From NCBI GenBank assembly GCA_026395685.1, contig JAPLYG010000018.1, positions 288 through 64,287 of the forward strand: 64,000 bases of DNA, written 5' to 3'. Within the stretch, counting starts at the first letter, position 1. Every line of letters starts with the position of its first letter. Below are positions 38,700-47,370 of the stretch, one piece after another. This DNA is from Candidatus Parcubacteria bacterium (GTDB taxonomy: Bacteria; Patescibacteriota; Patescibacteriia; CAIXNZ01). A model generated the notes under the pieces. The model did no database searches and had not been told where the DNA came from. It worked only from the letters and a program-made list of their open reading frames with translations. Made by a program: the position numbers and the translations under genes.

Positions 38700-39830
38700 A
38701 TGAGAATAGGTATTGATTGCAGAAGAATTTTAGATGTCAAACATAACCAATCCGCGGGCGTCGGTTATTATACTTATTATTTGATAAAAAATTTACTGAA
38801 GATTGATAAAACTAATCAATATTTTCTGTTTTTGTATGACGCCCGTATTAATCTGGATGATTTAAGACAGGATAATGTCCAGATTGTATATTTCCCTGGC
38901 TTGGAAAATATCGGTAAAATACCATTTCTTTACCGCCATGTAATAGTGCCACATGTTTTAAAATTATATAAGCTTGATGTTTACCATAATCCCGCCTATG
39001 TTATCCCGTTTTTTTATTTCGGCAAATCAGTGATTACGATTCATGATATGGCGTATTATAAAAATCCGGCCTGGTTTCCCGATCATCAATTTTTCAATAC
39101 TAAAATTTTAACACCTCTCAGTATTTGGAAAGCGAAAAAAATCATTGCAGTTTCAGAAAGTACCAAAAAAGATACCATTAAGTACTTTAAAGTCAAAGAA
39201 GATAAAATTAAAGTTATCTTGGAAGGCATTGATGATTATTGCAACATAGTAGTTGATGAAAATAAAATTGATAGTAAGCTTAAATTTACTCCGTCATATT
39301 TTTTGGCTCTCGGCACCTTAGAGCCCCGTAAAAATTTGGTCAGACTGATCAAGGCTTTTGATAAATTCTTGAAAGAAAATTCGGGAAGTAATTTTAAACT
39401 GGTATTGGCAGGTAAAAAAGGCTGGAAATATGAACCGATTTTTGAAATAATAGAAGCATTAAAATTAGAAGATAAAGTAATCTGGGTTGGTTATGTCACC
39501 TTGCCAGAGAAAATTTTTTTATTAAGGCATGCTTATTGTCTGGTTTTCCCCAGTTTATATGAGGGTTTTGGCCTGCCGATTTTAGAGGCTATGAATATGG
39601 GGGTCTCAGTAGTTACTTCAAATGTCGCTTCTATTCCGGAAATAGTTATTGATAACGCGGTACTGATTGAGCCCGAAGATGTGGATTCAATTAAAGACGG
39701 TTTAAATAAGATTTATCGTGATTCGGCTTTGCGGCTGAAGCTGATTGAACGGGGGAAAGGTATTGCCCGACATTTTACCTGGGAAAAAAGTGCGCAAAAG
39801 ACTCTGGAATTATTTGAAAGTTTAAAATAA
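38700..39830 (+). CDS. Glycosyltransferase family 4
   Basis: TIHD, LGTLEPRKN, FPSLYEGFGLPILEAM. Confidence 0.95.
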   Translation: MRIGIDCRRILDVKHNQSAGVGYYTYYLIKNLLKIDKTNQYFLFLYDARINLDDLRQDNVQIVYFPGLENIGKIPFLYRHVIVPHVLKLYKLDVYHNPAYVIPFFYFGKSVITIHDMAYYKNPAWFPDHQFFNTKILTPLSIWKAKKIIAVSESTKKDTIKYFKVKEDKIKVILEGIDDYCNIVVDENKIDSKLKFTPSYFLALGTLEPRKNLVRLIKAFDKFLKENSGSNFKLVLAGKKGWKYEPIFEIIEALKLEDKVIWVGYVTLPEKIFLLRHAYCLVFPSLYEGFGLPILEAMNMGVSVVTSNVASIPEIVIDNAVLIEPEDVDSIKDGLNKIYRDSALRLKLIERGKGIARHFTWEKSAQKTLELFESLK

Positions 39831-39871
39831 AAAAATGGTCTCGAGAACGGGACCATTTTTTGTATAATTTA

Positions 39872-40321
39872 TTATTGGTATCTGAGGATTAAATAGATAA
39901 TAATAATCTGGACAATGATGCCGAATTTGAGAGGAATACTCCATTTAAATTTTTCATGGGTCCAATTATGAAATTTATGGGTGCGGGTAAAAAATTTATC
40001 AGAGATTTCATGGATAGCGACTAAAATATCAGGTAAAACTCCGCCAATAATACCCCATAAAACCGTCTGGCTATAAGAAATTTGGCCGGTATAAAATAAA
40101 AGCACCAGTAAAATAGGAGTGGTAATCAAATCAAAATAGATTAAATAAAGCATGGCTTTGTTTTTGAAATCGTTACGGTAAGCCTTAATTAATTCTTTGT
40201 CGCCATGCGGGATCAAATCTAAGAGAAAATGGGAAATAAACGAAAAAACAAAAGCTAAAAGCGGTTTAGAGACATTCTCGCCTATAATGGCGCCTATGGT
40301 TGCATGTACGGAGATGAGCAT
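39872..40321 (-). CDS. Putative membrane-bound metal-dependent hydrolase-like protein
   Basis: H6, SHFLLDLIPHGD, LPD, FH..TH; paralog of next gene. Confidence 0.7.
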   Translation of the reverse strand: MLISVHATIGAIIGENVSKPLLAFVFSFISHFLLDLIPHGDKELIKAYRNDFKNKAMLYLIYFDLITTPILLVLLFYTGQISYSQTVLWGIIGGVLPDILVAIHEISDKFFTRTHKFHNWTHEKFKWSIPLKFGIIVQIIIIYLILRYQ

Positions 40322-40322
40322 A

Positions 40323-40778
40323 TTATATATAGATAGCGATTAAGATGATTAAAGTAAATATTTGCATAAGCAACCCCCAGACAATCGGGAAATCAAAGCG
40401 CTTAGAAATTAAATTATGGGGATATGTATGTAGCATCTGTATTTTTCCAAGAAGCTTATTTTTCGGGAAAATAAAGTAAAAAAGCTGCATGACATCAGGG
40501 ATAACGCTTCCTAGTATAGCGGATATTTCAACCAGAGTAAAAGTTTTAGCCCGTATAATAATTAAACTAATAAGTAATATAGATAGTACGGAAAGATCAA
40601 TAATTCCCGCAGTAATAATGTATTTTATCTGGTAGAATTTTGCTGAAACTTTCGTATCTCCGTGGGGTATTATATCAAAGATATAGTGAAAGATAAAGCC
40701 GATAAAAAATGCCCAAAGGGGATTTGTAACCCCACGGCTGACGACTAGTCCTACTGAACTGTGGACTGTTAAAAACAT
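40323..40778 (-). CDS. Putative membrane-bound metal-dependent hydrolase-like protein
   Basis: H6, HYIFDIIPHGD, IPD, LH..PH. Confidence 0.7.
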   Translation of the reverse strand: MFLTVHSSVGLVVSRGVTNPLWAFFIGFIFHYIFDIIPHGDTKVSAKFYQIKYIITAGIIDLSVLSILLISLIIIRAKTFTLVEISAILGSVIPDVMQLFYFIFPKNKLLGKIQMLHTYPHNLISKRFDFPIVWGLLMQIFTLIILIAIYI

Positions 40779-40780
40779 AG

Positions 40781-40854
40781 TACCAGGGGAGGGGATCGAA
40801 CCCTCGACCTCGGGCTTATGAGTCCCGCGCTCTAACCAACTGAGCTACCCTGGC
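40781..40854 (-). tRNA. tRNA with CAT anticodon (elongator Met or Ile2)
   Basis: GCCAGGGTAGCTCAGTTGGTTAGAGCGCGGGACTCATAAGCCCGAGGTCGAGGGTTCGATCCCCTCCCCTGGTA. Confidence 0.93.
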
Positions 40855-40936
40855 ATAATAAACTCATAACTCAGAGTTTTTAACTTAAAACTTAGGCAGT
40901 TTTAAATTATTAGTTTTGAGATTTGAGTTGTTAATG

Positions 40937-41020
40937 TGCCGCTGGTCGGAGTCGAACCGACATGAAATTGCTCTCACACGATTTTGAGTCGTGCGCGTCT
41001 ACCAGTTTCGCCACAGCGGC
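40937..41020 (-). tRNA. tRNA-Leu(CAA)
   Basis: GCCGCTGTGGCGAAACTGGTAGACGCG-CACGA-CTCAAAA-TCGTG, long variable arm, GTTCGAC T-loop. Confidence 0.95.
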
Positions 41021-41063
41021 ATGTTAATTATAAATGTATTCTTTTTTTAAAATTACTTGGACA

Positions 41064-41125
41064 GCGCGTCTATCTACCTTCGCTCCTTGGAGCTACGGTG
41101 GACAGGCCAGTTTCGCCACGGCGGC
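41064..41125 (-). pseudogene. Duplicated 5' end of tRNA-Leu interrupted by a 34-bp hairpin element
   Basis: GCCGCCGTGGCGAAACTGG[insert]TAGACGCGC matches tRNA nt 1-28 with one mismatch. Confidence 0.85.
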
Positions 41126-41358
41126 TTAGTTACAGGGATAGGTTAACAACCTATCTTGCATTAATTTTAGTTAGTAATATTTAAAAAGGCTATATACGGC
41201 CATTACTTAAACTTGTAACTGGCCGAGGCCAGATATCTGCCTATAAATACCAGCCTTGAAAAGCACGAAAGACGATAAAAAATCGTCCTAATCCCTATAA
41301 TTTTAGCCCTGAGAGGGCTTCTTTGTCGTAAATTAATCGCTTACGCTTAATCATCATT

Positions 41359-41387
41359 ATTTTATCTTATTTTATCAAAGATGTCAA
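41359..41387 (-). promoter_or_regulatory. Sigma70-type promoter pointing toward the tRNA pair
   Basis: TTGACA-17 bp-TAAAAT on the minus strand. Confidence 0.6.
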
Positions 41388-41427
41388 TTGGACATCTTGT
41401 CTAAAATAGTATAAAATATAGATATAT

Positions 41428-42210
41428 ATGTCTCATATAATATCAATAGTTAATCAAAAAGGGGGAGTAGGAAAGACTACGACAGCTATTAATTTAGCCG
41501 CTTATTTGGCTTCTTTGGGCAAATTTGTTTTATTGGTTGATATGGATCCTCAGGCGAATGCAACCAGTGGCTTAGGTATTGATTATAATAATTTAGAGCG
41601 GGGAATCTATGAAGCCTTAATCGGTTCTTATAGTTTAAAGGATATTGTTTTGAATACAAAGATTTCCGGCTATAAGATTGCACCGGCGACAGTTAATTTG
41701 GCAGGTGCAAATGTTGAATTGGTAAATATTGAGAATCGGGAAACAAAACTTGAGCAGGCGCTGCTTTCAGTAAGAAATGATTACGATTATATTATTATTG
41801 ATTGCCCGCCCTCTTTGGGTCTTTTGACACTCAATAGCTTAGTCGCCGCTGAGAAGCTATTAATTCCAGTTCAGGCTGAATATTATGCTTTAGAAGGATT
41901 AGGCCAATTAGTTAAAACCATTAATTTAATACAGGCGCATATTAAACCAGAGTTAGAAATATTAGGCGCTGTTTTAACAATGTATGATAAGAGGACTAAA
42001 TTATCTGACGAAATACTGCAGCAACTTTATCAGTATTTTCCCGATCGAATTTTTAGGTCAGTTATCCCGCGTAATGTAAGATTAACCGAGTCTCCAAGCT
42101 ATGGAAAAACTATTTTGGAATATGATCCCAAATCAAAGGGCGCTAAAGCCTATGAAAGATTAGCTCGAGAAATAATTGATCTGACAAATTTTAATTTTAA
42201 TACCTACTAA
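41428..42210 (+). CDS. parA: ParA/Soj ATPase
   Basis: NQKGGVGKTTT, DMDPQANAT, DCPPSLG. Confidence 0.97.
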   Translation: MSHIISIVNQKGGVGKTTTAINLAAYLASLGKFVLLVDMDPQANATSGLGIDYNNLERGIYEALIGSYSLKDIVLNTKISGYKIAPATVNLAGANVELVNIENRETKLEQALLSVRNDYDYIIIDCPPSLGLLTLNSLVAAEKLLIPVQAEYYALEGLGQLVKTINLIQAHIKPELEILGAVLTMYDKRTKLSDEILQQLYQYFPDRIFRSVIPRNVRLTESPSYGKTILEYDPKSKGAKAYERLAREIIDLTNFNFNTY

Positions 42211-42227
42211 CTTTTAATTTATATTTT

Positions 42228-43088
42228 ATGCCTTTAGGAAGGGGGTTGGATTCATTAATCCCGAAAAAGACAGTTGCTACTAAATTTTCGAATGACGAGA
42301 TTAATAAAATCGATGAAAAAAACAGAATTTTGGAAGTTAATCCTGATAAAATTCAGCTTAATCCCCATCAGCCCAGAAAGCAATTTGGGCATGAGGATTT
42401 GGAGGATTTGGTAAATTCAATCAAAACACACGGGATAATCCAGCCTTTGATTGTAACAAGGCAGGATGATGAGAATTTTCAGCTTATTGCTGGTGAACGC
42501 CGCTTAAGATCCGCCAAGATATTAAATTTGTCTGCTGTACCGGTTATTGTGCGTGAAGCCAAAGAACAAGATAAGCTGGAATTGGCATTGATTGAAAATT
42601 TGCAGAGAAAAAATCTTAATCCTATTGAAGAAGCAATTTCCTATAGGAGGTTAATGGATGAATTCAATCTGACACAGGAACAAGTATCCTTAAAGATAGG
42701 GAAAAAGAGGTCCAGTGTCGCAAATACCCTGCGGTTGCTTACTTTGCCGGAGGACGTCCAAAAAGCAATTTTAGACGAGAAAATTTCCGAAGGACATGCC
42801 CGTGCAATTGCGGCTTTAGAAAATGAAAAAGATCAGCTTGATTTGTTAAAAAAGATATTGCGCAATCAGCTCACAGTCAGGGATGCCGAGCAACAGGTTA
42901 AAAATGCCAGACAGCCCTATCAGTTTAAGAATGACCCCTTGCTTTTAGCGAGGGAAGAGCGGCTGCAAAATTTATTAGGGCATCAGGTGAATATTAAGGG
43001 CAATAATAAAAAAGGAGAAATTGTCATTAAATACAATTCTCCCGAAGATTTGAGTAATATTATTGAAAAGCTCAGCGGCAAGGAATAA
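42228..43088 (+). CDS. parB: ParB/Spo0J partition protein
   Basis: LGRGLDSLI, QPRK, IAGERRLR, ENLQR..LNPIEEA. Confidence 0.97.
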   Translation: MPLGRGLDSLIPKKTVATKFSNDEINKIDEKNRILEVNPDKIQLNPHQPRKQFGHEDLEDLVNSIKTHGIIQPLIVTRQDDENFQLIAGERRLRSAKILNLSAVPVIVREAKEQDKLELALIENLQRKNLNPIEEAISYRRLMDEFNLTQEQVSLKIGKKRSSVANTLRLLTLPEDVQKAILDEKISEGHARAIAALENEKDQLDLLKKILRNQLTVRDAEQQVKNARQPYQFKNDPLLLAREERLQNLLGHQVNIKGNNKKGEIVIKYNSPEDLSNIIEKLSGKE

Positions 43089-43133
43089 TGTTTTTATAAT
43101 AGCATATAAATAATCCCGCCTTATAAGGCAGGA

Positions 43134-44600
43134 TTATTTTTTTAGAAATTTTTCGATTAATGTTCTTTTGGCGAGAGCGCTTTTAATTTTATTTTTCGCT
43201 ACGCTCGTTTTAACAAATTTTAGCCAGTCAGCACTTGGGTTTTTGCGATTTTTATCAGTTATGATCTCAATCACATCGCCGCTTTTTAAGGGCGAGTTCA
43301 GGCTGGCAATATGATTATTAATTAAAGCCCCCGTGCATTGCGCACCGATATCAGTATGTACATAGTAGGCGAAATCTATAGGGGTGGCTCCTTTGGGCAA
43401 GTCAATAACATCTCCTTTGGGAGTGAAAACAAAAATTCGGTCATTAAAGACATCGATCTTTAAATTTTCTAAATATTTTTCGTTTTCGGATAATTCTTTT
43501 TGCCATTTAGTCAGTTCATCTATCCATTTTATTTTCTTGGAGGGTATTAATGATCCTTTTTCATCATAATGCCAGTGGGCAGCAATGCCATATTCAGCTT
43601 CCTCTTCCATTTCCTTAGTTCTGATTTGAATCTCAATTATTTCGCCATCAACCGTAAAGACCGTAGTATGCAAAGAAGAATAGCCATTTGGCTTGGGTTG
43701 AGCAATATAATCCTTAATGCGCCCTTTAAGAGGTTTCATCTTTTTATGGATAATTCCCAAGACAGCATAGCAGGTAGGAATATCTTGTACAATAATACGA
43801 ATGGCGACAAAATCATAGACGCGGTTAATGTCTTTGTCATGTTCAAGCAATTTGGCATAAAGGCTGTATAATTGCTTGACGCGTCCTTTGACTTCCAGAT
43901 ATTCAATCCCTTCTTCTTTCAGCTCTTTTTTTACAAAAGCGATTATTTCATCTAAATATATTTCTTTGGTTTTAAGTTGTTTTTCTACCAAGCCTTTTAG
44001 CCAGTTGTATTCTTTAGGATATAAGTATTTGAAGGATTCTTCTTCTAATTTACCTTTCATTTCATACATGCCGAGTCGATTGGCAATTGGCGCATAAATT
44101 TCCAGAACTTCAGAGGCAATGCGAATCTGTTTATCTCGAGGCAAAGCATATAAGGTCTTTAAATTATGATACCGGTCGGCGAATTTTATGAGGATTACCC
44201 TGGTATCTTTGGCCATGGCCACAAACATTTTGCGTAAATTTTCAATATATCGTTCAATGCCGCGGTATTTGATGTTTCCTAATTTTGTAATGCCTTCAAC
44301 TAGCGTAGCAACTTCTTCTCCAAAATTTTTCGTAATATCTTCTAACGTATATTTTGTATCTTCCGGCACGTCATGCAAAAGGCCGGCTATGATAATATTA
44401 GGGCTTAATTTCATGTCCGCCAGCATTTGAGCAGTTGCTAACGGATGATGAATATAATCTTCACCTGTCAGTCTCTTTTGGCCGTCATGAGCCTGCTTGG
44501 CAAAAAGAAAAGCCAGCTCAATAAGCCCTAAATCAGCTTTGGGATTGTATTCTTTGATGGTTTTTAATAGGTGTTGTATTTTTTTCTCAAGTTCAGGCAT
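43134..44600 (-). CDS. RelA/SpoT homolog (HD + synthetase + TGS; no ACT domain)
   Basis: LLHDVPED, ADRYHN, PKPNGYSSLHT, EIQIRT, VFTPKG...DFAY. Confidence 0.95.
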   Translation of the reverse strand: MPELEKKIQHLLKTIKEYNPKADLGLIELAFLFAKQAHDGQKRLTGEDYIHHPLATAQMLADMKLSPNIIIAGLLHDVPEDTKYTLEDITKNFGEEVATLVEGITKLGNIKYRGIERYIENLRKMFVAMAKDTRVILIKFADRYHNLKTLYALPRDKQIRIASEVLEIYAPIANRLGMYEMKGKLEEESFKYLYPKEYNWLKGLVEKQLKTKEIYLDEIIAFVKKELKEEGIEYLEVKGRVKQLYSLYAKLLEHDKDINRVYDFVAIRIIVQDIPTCYAVLGIIHKKMKPLKGRIKDYIAQPKPNGYSSLHTTVFTVDGEIIEIQIRTKEMEEEAEYGIAAHWHYDEKGSLIPSKKIKWIDELTKWQKELSENEKYLENLKIDVFNDRIFVFTPKGDVIDLPKGATPIDFAYYVHTDIGAQCTGALINNHIASLNSPLKSGDVIEIITDKNRKNPSADWLKFVKTSVAKNKIKSALAKRTLIEKFLKK

Positions 44601-44700
44601 ATATTAGGAGTATAACTTAAAATTAGCTAAAAATAAAGGGAATTTCCACAATTTGGGTCAAACCCTTGACATTTTTCTTTAGATATGCTAAAATACGTGT

Positions 44701-44766
44701 AGGATGTAAGGGGATAACCCTATTACAAGCAAAATGTCCGCGGCGCAAGCCGGGGATATTTTGTTT
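44701..44766 (+). ncRNA. Candidate small RNA 1
   Basis: TTGACA-17-TAAAAT promoter (44666-44694); two hairpins, the second capped by GCAA with G-U pairs favouring the + strand. Confidence 0.45.
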
Positions 44767-44820
44767 AAAAAAGGCGATTTTTCCTCTTGACAAAACTGTT
44801 AAAATATGATAACTTTATAA

Positions 44821-44921
44821 TGATGGGAAGTAGCGGCCCTTACATCCACATTGTAATTGGGGCTTTAGCTATTTTTCCCATCACTAAAAAATCCCCCCGC
44901 ATTGCGGGAAGGGATTTTTTA
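44821..44921 (+). ncRNA. Candidate small RNA 2
   Basis: TTGACA-17-TAACTT promoter (44787-44815); long hairpin 44821-44883, then terminator 44885-44921. Confidence 0.45.
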
Positions 44922-44939
44922 GTTAAATGGAGATATAAA

Positions 44940-47075
44940 TTACTCAGTTTGGGGAGGGTCCTCAGTTTTGGGACGTTCCCAGGTAGCATAGTCGCAATCC
45001 GGATAACGGTTGCAGGCATAAAATATCTTGCCTCTTTTGCTCTTCTTAATGACTACATCGCCCTGATTGCATTTGGGGCATTTCAGTCCCAATGATTTTT
45101 GTATTGGCTTGGTAAATTTGCATTCGGGATATTTGGAACAGGCGAGGAATTTTCCAAACCGTCCTGTTTTGATCAGTAATTTGGCATTGCACTTGGGGCA
45201 GGTTTCATTCGTTTCCAAAGCGGCATGCTCTTCATCTGTTACCATCATTGATTGGATATTTTTACATTCAGGATAATTTGAGCACGCTAAAAATTTACCA
45301 AAGCGACCCATTTTAACTATCATTGGGGAGCCGCATTTATCACATTTGAGGTCAGTTTTTTCTTCAGTCAAATCTTTCTTATTAATTTCCTTATCTTTTA
45401 TTTTTAAATTGGCTTCAAACGGTTCGTAGAATTCCCTGATTACCGGCTGCCATTTCATTTTGCCTGCGGCGATCTCATCAAATTCCTCCTCCATTTTAGC
45501 TGTAAAGTTTAGGTCTACAATTTTCGGAAAATGTTCGACCAGAAGGTCAGTTACCAGCATACCGATTTCAGTCGGCGTCAGTTTTTTCTCATCATTTTTC
45601 TTTACATAATTTCTATCCTGGATGGTAGACAGAGTAGGCGCATAAGTGGACGGTCTGCCAATTCCATATTCTTCCAAAGCCTTGATTAAAGTTGCTTCTG
45701 AATATCTGGCTGGCGGCTGGGTAAAATGCTGCAGTTTCCTTAATTCAATTAAATTCGGTTCATCGCCTTCTTTCAATTCCGGCAAGATATTTTCTTTAAT
45801 ACTGGTTTTATAGACCTTCAAAAATCCGTCAAATTTGATGGTTGATCCAGTCGCGCGAAAAGTATAATCATTAGCTTTAATATCAACTTTGGTTTGATCA
45901 ATAATTGCCGGATTAATTTGACTAGCCAGCGTTCTTTGCCAGATTAATTTATACAGTTTTAATTGTTTGGGCTCCAAATAATTGGCAATAGCATCAGGGG
46001 AATGATTTACATCTGTTGGTCTGATAGCTTCATGGGCTTCCTGTGCGCCTTTGGATTTTGTTTTATAGATGTTAGCTTTTGCCGGCAAATACTCGGCACC
46101 TATTTGATTTTTGATATAAGCGCGGATATTATCCAAAGAAAAAGTAGAGAGGTTTAAAGAGTCTGTTCTCATATAAGTGATTAAACCGACAGAACCCTCC
46201 GACCCCAATTCAATACCTTCATAAAGCTGCTGGGCTAACATCATTGTCTGTTTTGCTGAATAGCCGAGTTTTTTGCCGGCTTCTTGCTGTAAGGTACTGG
46301 TGGTAAAAGGAGTCGGCGCTTGGCGTAAAGATTCTTTTCGTTCAATTTTTTCAACCTCATATTTGGCCCCGTTTAATTCAGCTAAAATTTTCTTGGCTTC
46401 TTCCTCATTTTTAATAGCCATTTTATCCAGAGACTTACCTTTGACCTGAGCCAGCTGGGCAATGAAGTTCTGCTCATCTTTTTGCAGTTCAGCTTCCAGT
46501 GACCAGTATTCCTCCTGTTTAAATTTTTGTATCTCTCGTTCACGGTCAACAATCAGGCGCACAGCTACTGACTGTACGCGTCCGGCGCTCAAACCGCGGG
46601 CAACCTTTTTCCAGAGCAGGGGAGAAAGCTTGTAGCCGACTAGCCTATCTAATATTCTGCGTGCCTGCTGGGCATCAATTAAATTGTAGTCCAAGTCGCG
46701 GGGATTTTTTAAGGCCTCTTCAATCGCATTTTTGGTAATTTCATGAAAAACAATTCTTTCTGTTTTTTTGTCATGCAAATTTAGAGACTCCACCAAATGC
46801 CAGGCAATGGCTTCACCTTCGCGGTCTTCGTCAGTTGCGAGAATAATTAAATTTGCTGAAGAAGCAAGCTTTTTAAGTTTATCGACTTGTTTTTGGGCTT
46901 TAGCCGGTATTTCGTAGTCAGGTTTAAAATTATTTTTAATATCAACGCCCAACTTTTTTTGCGGCAAATCGCGGATATGACCAAAAGAAGACTCCACCTT
47001 GAAGTCTTTGTTTAAGAATTTAGTTATTGTTTTGGCCTTGGTCGGTGATTCGACGATGACTAGTGATTTTGCCAT
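44940..47075 (-). CDS. topA: DNA topoisomerase I
   Basis: VIVESPTKAKTI, ATDEDREGE, SAGRVQS, ITYMRTDS, C4 zinc ribbons. Confidence 0.99.
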   Translation of the reverse strand: MAKSLVIVESPTKAKTITKFLNKDFKVESSFGHIRDLPQKKLGVDIKNNFKPDYEIPAKAQKQVDKLKKLASSANLIILATDEDREGEAIAWHLVESLNLHDKKTERIVFHEITKNAIEEALKNPRDLDYNLIDAQQARRILDRLVGYKLSPLLWKKVARGLSAGRVQSVAVRLIVDREREIQKFKQEEYWSLEAELQKDEQNFIAQLAQVKGKSLDKMAIKNEEEAKKILAELNGAKYEVEKIERKESLRQAPTPFTTSTLQQEAGKKLGYSAKQTMMLAQQLYEGIELGSEGSVGLITYMRTDSLNLSTFSLDNIRAYIKNQIGAEYLPAKANIYKTKSKGAQEAHEAIRPTDVNHSPDAIANYLEPKQLKLYKLIWQRTLASQINPAIIDQTKVDIKANDYTFRATGSTIKFDGFLKVYKTSIKENILPELKEGDEPNLIELRKLQHFTQPPARYSEATLIKALEEYGIGRPSTYAPTLSTIQDRNYVKKNDEKKLTPTEIGMLVTDLLVEHFPKIVDLNFTAKMEEEFDEIAAGKMKWQPVIREFYEPFEANLKIKDKEINKKDLTEEKTDLKCDKCGSPMIVKMGRFGKFLACSNYPECKNIQSMMVTDEEHAALETNETCPKCNAKLLIKTGRFGKFLACSKYPECKFTKPIQKSLGLKCPKCNQGDVVIKKSKRGKIFYACNRYPDCDYATWERPKTEDPPQTE

Positions 47076-47370
47076 TTGGATAAGTTATAGGATTTATAGG
47101 AAGAATAGGTAGTAGAGGAAAATAGAATAAGATGATCACAGTCCTCTAATCATCTTCTTCATCTACTTCTTCTAATTCCTCTTTTAATTAATACCAGATT
47201 TTTTACTGATTGTCAAATTCGGGTTTTCGAACCCTTCATTGTTAATAATCAATAACCAATAACACAATCATCAAACAATTCCTAATAACTAAATCTAAAT
47301 ACTAAAATTAGTTATTAGAATTTAAATATTTTTTATTGTTTGATGTTTGATTATTGATGTTTGGTGATTT

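Noticed and set aside
40984-41184. 66-aa ORF
   Set aside because: Antisense to tRNA-Leu and its fragment; no coding features
41303-41322. CTCTCAGG motif suggesting a glycine riboswitch
   Set aside because: No GGAGA or CCGAAG aptamer elements and no suitable downstream gene
41200-43130. parS site near parAB
   Set aside because: No match to the TGTTTCACGTGAAACA-type palindrome seen by eye
44729-44766. SRP (4.5S) RNA, because of the GNRA-capped hairpin
   Set aside because: Lacks the conserved CAGG/AGCA internal loops of SRP domain IV
44787-45095. 102-aa + strand ORF in the track
   Set aside because: TTG start is the -35 box, it crosses a terminator and overlaps topA antisense
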